32,000 nucleotides of DNA from Pseudoalteromonas tetraodonis (GTDB lineage Bacteria > Pseudomonadota > Gammaproteobacteria > Enterobacterales > Alteromonadaceae): assembly GCF_002310835.1 (NCBI RefSeq), contig NZ_CP011042.1, forward strand, positions 30,001 to 62,000, read 5' to 3'. The position numbers and the translations under genes were made by a program. Position 1 is the stretch's first letter. Each line of letters begins with the position of its first letter. Of this stretch, positions 26,326 through 32,000 are shown piece after piece. Under the pieces are notes generated by a model. That model searched no databases, had not been told where the DNA came from, and saw nothing but the letters and a program-made list of their open reading frames with translations.

Positions 26326-26360
26326 CAAATACAAATAAGAATTACTATCTTTTGTATTTG
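26326..26360. promoter_or_regulatory. Perfect 10-bp inverted repeat enclosing a Fur-box-like spacer, upstream of the PepSY operon
   Basis: CAAATACAAA-taagaattactatct-TTTGTATTTG. The stretch acaAATaAgAATtActATC (26331-26349) matches the Fur consensus at about 12/19. A TATAAT hexamer lies at 26368-26373. Confidence 0.35.
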
Positions 26361-26393
26361 TTGGCGTTATAATATCGCCATCTTTTTTTAGCT

Positions 26394-26762
26394 ATGTTTA
26401 AAAGGAATTTGCAGTTTATGCAGGCCTCCAACCGTCTTTTAGACTTTCCCAAACCCGTTTTTTCTATGTTATGGCAATTTATGCAGCGCTTTAGCTATGA
26501 ATTAGCGGTTTTATCGCGTTTTTTTATTGCTATTGTTGGCGGGTATTTTTTTACAGCCGTTAGTGTGTCGCTATTAAGTGCAGTAGTGCCTGTGCCTAAA
26601 GTTGACGCGGTTTTGCTTAGTGTGTCTGCGAGTATTTTAATTTATGCCCTAGTGTTTATTTATAGCTTTTATATTCATTCATTAAAAACTGTTTGGATCA
26701 GTATTTTACTAAGTATTGCAGCGCAACTTGTCTTGTTATCGCTATTGAAGGGATGGTTATGA
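26394..26762 (+). CDS. Small membrane protein, DUF3649-like (PepSY-operon associated)
   Basis: 122 aa with 3 TM segments. It precedes the PepSY-TM gene and overlaps it by ATGA. An alternative start at the ATG at 26418 follows an AAAGGA. Confidence 0.55.
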   Translation: MFKRNLQFMQASNRLLDFPKPVFSMLWQFMQRFSYELAVLSRFFIAIVGGYFFTAVSVSLLSAVVPVPKVDAVLLSVSASILIYALVFIYSFYIHSLKTVWISILLSIAAQLVLLSLLKGWL

Positions 26763-28348
26763 AAGGGAGTTTTTTTCGTTCAATGACGTGGTTACATACA
26801 TGGGTGGGTTTGCTCGTGTGTTGGTTACTGTATTTAATATTTTTTGCAGGCACTATTAGCTTTTTTAGAGATGAAGTGAGCTTATGGAATCAGCCAAGTG
26901 TCCATAATATTGAGCAGCAGGCAGATCGTATTGGCGCGCAAAAACAACAAATCGTGTCGGGTGTTGAGTATTTATATGCGCAAGCACCTAATGCGCCTAA
27001 TTGGCGTATAACGCTTCCTGAGGAGCGTATACCTTATTTAACGTATGGTTATGCAAAACCAAAAGAGCCTGGACAACGCAGAGCGCAGTTTGAAAATGCC
27101 CGTTTAAATCCAAATACCATGCAGCCTTTAGCACCCTTTGTAGATACTCGAGGGGGTAATTTCTTTTATCGCCTGCATTTTGATTTGCATTATATTGATG
27201 TAAAAACGGCGCGTTGGATTGTCTGCTTTGCTAGTTTATTTATGCTCATTGCGTTGATATCTGGCGTCGTTATTCACAAACGTATTTTTAAAGATATGTT
27301 TGTTTTTAGAGCTAATAAAGGCAGCCGTAGCTGGTTAGATGTGCATAATTTAAGTTCGGTATTTGCCTTACCGTTTCATTTAATGATTACTTATACGGGC
27401 ATTATTACCCTGATATTTATGATTTTCCCCTACCCCGCGCAAACCGTTTATGAGGATGGAATACGAGGCTTTTTTAATGATGTTTCGCCAAGTAGTTCTG
27501 CAACAGAGTCGTTGCAAGGCACTGCACCGTTAGTGCCTATCAATACTGTTTTGGATCAGGTTTATACTAAGTGGCCAGAGGCTGATATAACTCGGGTGAT
27601 TATAAATAAGCCGAATAAGGCCGCTGCGACTATTATGGTTTTGGTCAGTCCTGGAAAAACATTAAGGGATCAAGCACCGCGTTTGATATTTAGTGGAGCG
27701 AGTGGTGAGCTTGTTGCTCAAACTGATGATGAACTCACCGGCAGTAAAGCGCTGTATGAGTCACTAAATTCAATGCATACTGGGCGTTTAGCAGAGCCAT
27801 TATTACGTGTTTTATACTTTTTAGGCGGCATTGCTGGCTGCATAATGATAGCCACGGGCTGTATTATGTGGGCGAAGCGTATTCGGGAGCGAATGAAAAA
27901 AAATGCTCAGCCATCATGGGGTTTAAAACTCGTCGAAGCGCTTAATTTAGGAACTTTAATGGGGTTACCCTTGGCAACGTCTGCGTTCTTTTTAGCAAAC
28001 CGATTAATCAGCACACGCGCAATGGAGCGCGCGGATAAAGAGATACTTGCCTTCTTTTTAACTTGGCTGTGTGTACTTATTATCGCTTTTGTAAAGCGTG
28101 ACAAGTTGCAGTGGTGTGTTATGGCTGCCATAAACAGCATTGCTTGTTTTAGTGTGCCTGTGGTTAATGCGCTAACAACACAAGGGAATATAATCAGTTA
28201 TTTACGTAATGAACAGTGGGCTTTATTTATGTTTGATAGTCTCTTTTTACTGTTTGGTTTGCTGTTTTTGTTACAAACCGAAAAATTACGTACTACGCTG
28301 CAAGCTAAAAAACCTAGTCCGATAAACACTCAGGAGCAAAAAGTATGA
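26759..28348 (+). CDS. PepSY-associated TM-helix protein (PiuB/FoxB-like iron-regulated membrane protein)
   Basis: Starting at 26759 gives MKGSFFRSMTWLHTWVGLLVCWLLYLIFFAGTISFFRDE, the canonical PepSY_TM N-terminus. HTGRLAEPLLRVLYFLGG is the second conserved His-containing helix. Confidence 0.85.
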   Translation: MKGSFFRSMTWLHTWVGLLVCWLLYLIFFAGTISFFRDEVSLWNQPSVHNIEQQADRIGAQKQQIVSGVEYLYAQAPNAPNWRITLPEERIPYLTYGYAKPKEPGQRRAQFENARLNPNTMQPLAPFVDTRGGNFFYRLHFDLHYIDVKTARWIVCFASLFMLIALISGVVIHKRIFKDMFVFRANKGSRSWLDVHNLSSVFALPFHLMITYTGIITLIFMIFPYPAQTVYEDGIRGFFNDVSPSSSATESLQGTAPLVPINTVLDQVYTKWPEADITRVIINKPNKAAATIMVLVSPGKTLRDQAPRLIFSGASGELVAQTDDELTGSKALYESLNSMHTGRLAEPLLRVLYFLGGIAGCIMIATGCIMWAKRIRERMKKNAQPSWGLKLVEALNLGTLMGLPLATSAFFLANRLISTRAMERADKEILAFFLTWLCVLIIAFVKRDKLQWCVMAAINSIACFSVPVVNALTTQGNIISYLRNEQWALFMFDSLFLLFGLLFLLQTEKLRTTLQAKKPSPINTQEQKV

Positions 28349-28686
28349 TGGCATTGCTCCCTTTTAGTTTATGTTTGGTGGCTTTTAACTGCTTTGCACT
28401 GGCTAAGTTTAATCATTTCAAGGATGTTTTTAACAAGCGCCCTACTGATCAGCAGCGTTTAATTTTATTGAGTGTTGCTTGGATCAGTATTTTACTAAGT
28501 TTACTGCTTTGTGTTAGCGAATTACACGGCTATGGCGCTCTACAGTTTTGCGGGTTTATGTCGTTAAGTGCTTTAATTATAATGATTTTTTATAGTTTTT
28601 TAGTCAATTTAACTAAGCTTTTTAACTTGCTTGTATTATTGATATTAGCCACGAGTACGTTATTTTTTGGTTTAAATGGGCTTTAG
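28345..28686 (+). CDS. Small membrane protein, DUF3325-like
   Basis: 113 aa with 3-4 TM segments. Its ATG overlaps the PepSY-TM stop (ATGA). This gene position is typical of DUF3325 partners. Confidence 0.55.
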   Translation: MMALLPFSLCLVAFNCFALAKFNHFKDVFNKRPTDQQRLILLSVAWISILLSLLLCVSELHGYGALQFCGFMSLSALIIMIFYSFLVNLTKLFNLLVLLILATSTLFFGLNGL

Positions 28687-28726
28687 TTAGTAAAAACCTG
28701 ATCCCAAAGAATAGGCTAAATTGAGG

Positions 28727-28757
28727 TAAAAAAATGGCAAGCCATCAGGCTTGCCAA
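28727..28757 (-). terminator. Intrinsic terminator for blc; the hairpin may also stop the convergent PepSY operon
   Basis: Perfect 9-bp stem tggcaagcc (28735-28743) / ggcttgcca (28748-28756). On the minus strand it is followed by ttttttt. Confidence 0.65.
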
Positions 28758-28893
28758 TAAAAAAGGGGGATTGTCATTATGTCTTGTACTTGCCTGTCTC
28801 TTTGCAAGTGAGGCTAATATAGCCCCTCTTTATTTAGTTTACCTTACAGTAAGGTGAACGTTTTATTACAACCTAGGGGCATGTAAACCCCCT

Positions 28894-29427
28894 TTACAGC
28901 GATTTTTGATTTACCCAAATAATCTCATCTGTTGCAAAACCAAGCGTTTTTACTTGGCTTAAAAAGTGCTGCTTGAGCTCTTTACTCACTGTAGGTGTTC
29001 TCGATAAAAACCATAAGTAATCTTTGCTATAACTGGTAATAAAGGCATATTGATAATCAGGTTGGTCGAGCTCAAAAATAATATAGGCACCATAAAACGG
29101 GCCAAAAAATGACACTTTAAAATGCCCTGTATCGGCGTTTTCTACAAATTTAGCTAAGCCTTCAGCTTCGTCCCATTTTTGTTCTTTACTAATAAACCCT
29201 TTGTTTAATATCTTTACCGTTCCATCATCGTTAATTGAATAAGTGGCTGTTACTTGCTCCATTCCTTGTTCAAAAGAGTGGTCTAATCGTGCTATTTCAT
29301 ACCACTTGCCTTGGTATTTCTCTAAATCAAAGTTTTTAACAGGGGTTATTCCTTCGGGTGCGCTGGTACAGGCACTGAGTAAAAACACGGTGGTAATAAA
29401 TAATGCGGTTTTAAAAGCGAGTTTCAT
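28894..29427 (-). CDS. blc: Outer-membrane lipocalin lipoprotein Blc
   Basis: It has a lipobox (LLSAC) and the lipocalin signature [23 protein letters not shown]. The 177-aa size is typical. Confidence 0.9.
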   Translation of the reverse strand: MKLAFKTALFITTVFLLSACTSAPEGITPVKNFDLEKYQGKWYEIARLDHSFEQGMEQVTATYSINDDGTVKILNKGFISKEQKWDEAEGLAKFVENADTGHFKVSFFGPFYGAYIIFELDQPDYQYAFITSYSKDYLWFLSRTPTVSKELKQHFLSQVKTLGFATDEIIWVNQKSL

Positions 29428-29495
29428 GTTGTTTCCTTTTCTTTAGAAATTGCTATAGGATCGCCTTAATACTAAAGCAATTTAAAGAACTTAGC

Positions 29496-29951
29496 ATGAA
29501 AATTTGGGTTGATGCTGACGCTTGTCCGGTGGTAATAAAAGAAATTTTATTTAGAGCCGCAGAGCGTACGCAAACAGAAACTATACTGGTTGCAAATCAT
29601 GCCATGCGAATCCCACCGTCAAAATTTATTAGCCGACTACAAGTGTCATCGGGCTTTGATGTGGCTGATGATGAAATAGTAAAACGGATTGAAAAAGGCG
29701 ATTTAGTGATCACAGGAGATATTCCACTGGCAAGTGAAGTGATTGATAATGGCGGCCAAGCACTTAATCCGCGCGGTGAGCTTTACACCACTGAAAACAT
29801 TCGTTCATTACTAAATGTACGCGATTTTATGGATACTATGCGCTCAAGTGGTGTAGAAATGAGTGGTGGGCCGCCTCCATTAAGCCAAAGTGACAGACAA
29901 AACTTTGCTAACAATCTTGATCGTATTTTAGCGCAAAATAAGAGCAATTAA
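29496..29951 (+). CDS. yaiI: YaiI/YqxD family protein (UPF0178, DUF188)
   Basis: 151 aa. The N-terminus [24 protein letters not shown] is the hallmark of UPF0178. Confidence 0.85.
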   Translation: MKIWVDADACPVVIKEILFRAAERTQTETILVANHAMRIPPSKFISRLQVSSGFDVADDEIVKRIEKGDLVITGDIPLASEVIDNGGQALNPRGELYTTENIRSLLNVRDFMDTMRSSGVEMSGGPPPLSQSDRQNFANNLDRILAQNKSN

Positions 29952-29952
29952 G

Positions 29953-30489
29953 GTGAGCAGCCAGTTAATAGGGTTAGGTGATGACTCATTCAGTGTTGCT
30001 GTGTATGTAGCAAAAGCGCCCCCTATGCCTTACTTTGAAACACTTGCGCAGCTAGAGCCAGTAGTTAGTGGGCAAATAAATAGCATAAACCAGCACTGTG
30101 GCAATGGCTGGCGAAAAGTTTTTAATGTGTACGCCAAAGTGTTATTTACGCTGCCAAGCGAGTATTACTCATTTGCTAAACAAGCAGTGAGTTGGCAAGC
30201 ATATCGAGATGAGCTGTTGTTACAGCAGCATAGCGGGACTGCATTACTCTTTAGTGCGCCGGTGCTTACTGAGCATAAAAATCAATTGCACATTATAGCT
30301 GGGCGAACTCACGCTAAAAACTTGATACAACAAGGTAAGTTAAACGCCCAACTTGATTGGCTTGATGATGAGTTTGCTATAGATAAAAGCCAGAATATTA
30401 TTGTATGCCCCTATTTTGATTATAGGCAGCTGAGTAATATTAAAATTGCCCGTTTGAGTGAATTAGTGGCTCAGTTGCGAATAATCTAA
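29953..30489 (+). CDS. Hypothetical protein (GTG start), likely co-transcribed with yaiI
   Basis: 178-aa ORF starting 1 nt after the yaiI stop. No family recognised. Confidence 0.45.
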   Translation: MSSQLIGLGDDSFSVAVYVAKAPPMPYFETLAQLEPVVSGQINSINQHCGNGWRKVFNVYAKVLFTLPSEYYSFAKQAVSWQAYRDELLLQQHSGTALLFSAPVLTEHKNQLHIIAGRTHAKNLIQQGKLNAQLDWLDDEFAIDKSQNIIVCPYFDYRQLSNIKIARLSELVAQLRII

Positions 30490-30503
30490 GCCACTTTCGT
30501 TTT

Positions 30504-31148
30504 TTAGGTAAGTGTTACGCTCAGTGTGTTAGCGCTATCAACTAGCATGAGCGAGCCCAAAATAAATAGGATGCAGGCCGATGCACGGCCAAATTTTAGT
30601 GAGAGCGCCGGATTATTGCTGAGGATTTTTCTGGCACTTACCCCTATTAACCAATATACCAGCGCACAGCCAACTAAATGAATAATGCTAAGTACCAGCA
30701 ATTGTTCAGTAATAGAAAATGACAGTGTTGGTAAAACAAACTGCGGCAATAAGGCTAAAAATAACAGCATCACTTTGGGATTCAAGCCACTAATTATAAA
30801 GCCCTTTCTCATCCACTTTAGAGGCGTGTCTGAGGTGTGTTCTTGGCCATCGTTATAGGCTGCAGGCATTGGAGGAAATCGGTACAGTGATACGGCAATC
30901 CAAATTATGTACAAAGCACCAAATAAGGTTAACAGCTTTATAAACATGGCATGCGATGCTAATAACGCGCCTAACCCTATCACCACAATCAAACTAGCCA
31001 TTAAATGCCCAAGTATTAACCCCGCTACTGCAGGAATGATTTTATCACCCGCTATACCTGCACTGATTGTATAAGCCCAATCGGCACCGGGGGTAAGTAC
31101 AAACAAGATTGATACCAGCCAAAAAGAAAAAATAATATTAATATCCAT
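30504..31148 (-). CDS. LysE/RhtB-family amino-acid exporter
   Basis: Starting at 31148 gives MDINIIFSFWLVSILFVLTPGADWAYTISAG, the LysE-type N-terminal motif. It has about 6 TM segments and is divergent from an Lrp/AsnC regulator, the classical arrangement. Confidence 0.85.
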   Translation of the reverse strand: MDINIIFSFWLVSILFVLTPGADWAYTISAGIAGDKIIPAVAGLILGHLMASLIVVIGLGALLASHAMFIKLLTLFGALYIIWIAVSLYRFPPMPAAYNDGQEHTSDTPLKWMRKGFIISGLNPKVMLLFLALLPQFVLPTLSFSITEQLLVLSIIHLVGCALVYWLIGVSARKILSNNPALSLKFGRASACILFILGSLMLVDSANTLSVTLT

Positions 31149-31262
31149 ACATATCCATGCACTAAAACCCAAAATAAGTGAGCTGCTATTTTATTTCTTT
31201 CTGATGAGTAAAAGTTACTGTATTTTACTGATATAAGCGTTCATTTTAGGAAATAATCAACT

Positions 31263-31715
31263 ATGGATACCATAGATAGGAAAATTCTTGCTGAGTTGCA
31301 AGTTGATGGCAGGCTCACCCTCTCTGAATTGGCTGATCGTGTTGGGTTAAGCGTGTCACCTTGTCATCGTCGTGTAAAAGAGCTTGAGAAAAGCAAAGCA
31401 ATTGTTGGCTACAGAACTGAAATATCACCTGAAAAAGTGGGTTTAAACTTTTCTGCGTTAGTATTTATTACTATTAAAGAAGGTGATAAAGCGTCGTTAA
31501 GCAAATTAGAGCAAGCAGTCGATGCTATCCCTCAGATCACCAATGCACAACGCTTATTTGGCACCCCTGATTACCTGTTACATGTTGTAACTAAAGATTT
31601 AGCCGCGTTTCAGCAACTCTACGATGACAAGCTATCAGCCTTACCGGGTGTACAACGTTTAACCTCAACCATTGTGATGAAAGATATTGTAAGAGCGCGT
31701 AACTTGCACTTTTAA
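31263..31715 (+). CDS. Lrp/AsnC-family transcriptional regulator
   Basis: 150 aa. The HTH is DRKILAELQVDGRLTLSELADRVGLSVSPCHRRVKELE, followed by an AsnC-type ligand-binding (RAM) domain. Confidence 0.9.
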   Translation: MDTIDRKILAELQVDGRLTLSELADRVGLSVSPCHRRVKELEKSKAIVGYRTEISPEKVGLNFSALVFITIKEGDKASLSKLEQAVDAIPQITNAQRLFGTPDYLLHVVTKDLAAFQQLYDDKLSALPGVQRLTSTIVMKDIVRARNLHF

Positions 31716-32000
31716 CAGGTTATGTTTTACACGAAGTTTAAAAAGTTAAACCGATGACGCTGCAAAGCCTATGGCAGCGGGCTTTGCCTAAATAGGTAAA
31801 AATAAAGTGTAAATAAAGCTTGTTATAAAGTGTATTGCTGTTATTCTGCTTGCCATCGGGTTGATAGAAAGCCCTGTTTATTTGTAAGTACCTCGTTGTT
31901 ATTAGTAATAATCCTTCGCGATATCCTCAAGTTAAATGTTTGTTTTCTTCCTGTTAAACGCCTATTTTAAGGCAAATTTTTTATTATTTTTTTAGGATAT

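Noticed and set aside
25405-26393. fimS-like invertible promoter switch upstream of the pilus-like operon
   Set aside because: I looked for flanking inverted repeats of 9 bp or more bracketing a few hundred bp and found only weak 8-mer matches expected in AT-rich DNA. There is also no recombinase gene in the window.
27907-28140. ORF 27907-28140(-), inside the PepSY-TM gene
   Set aside because: It is an antisense shadow ORF.
29243-29446. ORF 29243-29446(+), opposite blc
   Set aside because: It is antisense to a gene with an unambiguous lipocalin signature.
31765-31790. Hairpin gcaaagcc-N10-ggctttgc after the Lrp gene
   Set aside because: The 8-bp stem is real, but no U-tract follows on either strand. 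I did not call it a terminator.
1-32000. CRISPR arrays, tRNA/rRNA genes, prophage, integrase/transposase genes, toxin-antitoxin or known defence-system genes
   Set aside because: Scanning by eye found no regularly spaced direct repeats, no tRNA-like T-arm (GGTTCGAAT-type) motifs outside CDSs, and no ORF with recombinase, nuclease-helicase or other defence-type motifs. The absence is by inspection only. tRNAscan/Infernal/DefenseFinder would be needed to confirm it.

Overview
The window looks like chromosomal DNA from an AT-rich marine gammaproteobacterium. An Alteromonadales or Pseudoalteromonas origin is my guess from the protein sequences and cannot be verified here. I saw no rRNA, tRNA, CRISPR array, transposase or integrase. 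Metal acquisition dominates the content.

Metal-related features:
- A partial FhuF-like reductase at the left edge.
- A ChaN lipoprotein.
- A Fur-boxed heme locus. The TonB-dependent heme receptor is divergent from hmuT-hmuU-hmuV-hugZ-like-azurin, and those five minus-strand genes are chained by four ATGA stop/start overlaps.
- A second TonB-dependent receptor with a Zur-box-like palindrome. It is divergent from a split membrane/spermidine-synthase-like pair and a class I glutamine amidotransferase.
- A DUF3649/PepSY/DUF3325-type operon.

Two genes in the heme operon appear inactivated. hmuV has an in-frame TAA just before its Walker A motif. The azurin gene carries a 266-bp MITE-like insertion and a 1-nt frameshift.

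Housekeeping and accessory genes include LysR, VOC, GNAT, a MarR-HlyD-FUSC-like efflux module, arfB, blc, yaiI, LysE and Lrp.

The best candidate for an undescribed system is a minus-strand three-gene operon at 20781-25404. It encodes a DUF4402/SCPU-like secreted subunit, a PapD-like chaperone and a 1072-aa usher-like protein. That protein ends in a carboxypeptidase-regulatory-like domain and two SPOR-like repeats. The operon is followed by about 0.9 kb of AT-rich non-coding DNA.

All family assignments come from reading the translations by eye. No searches were run.
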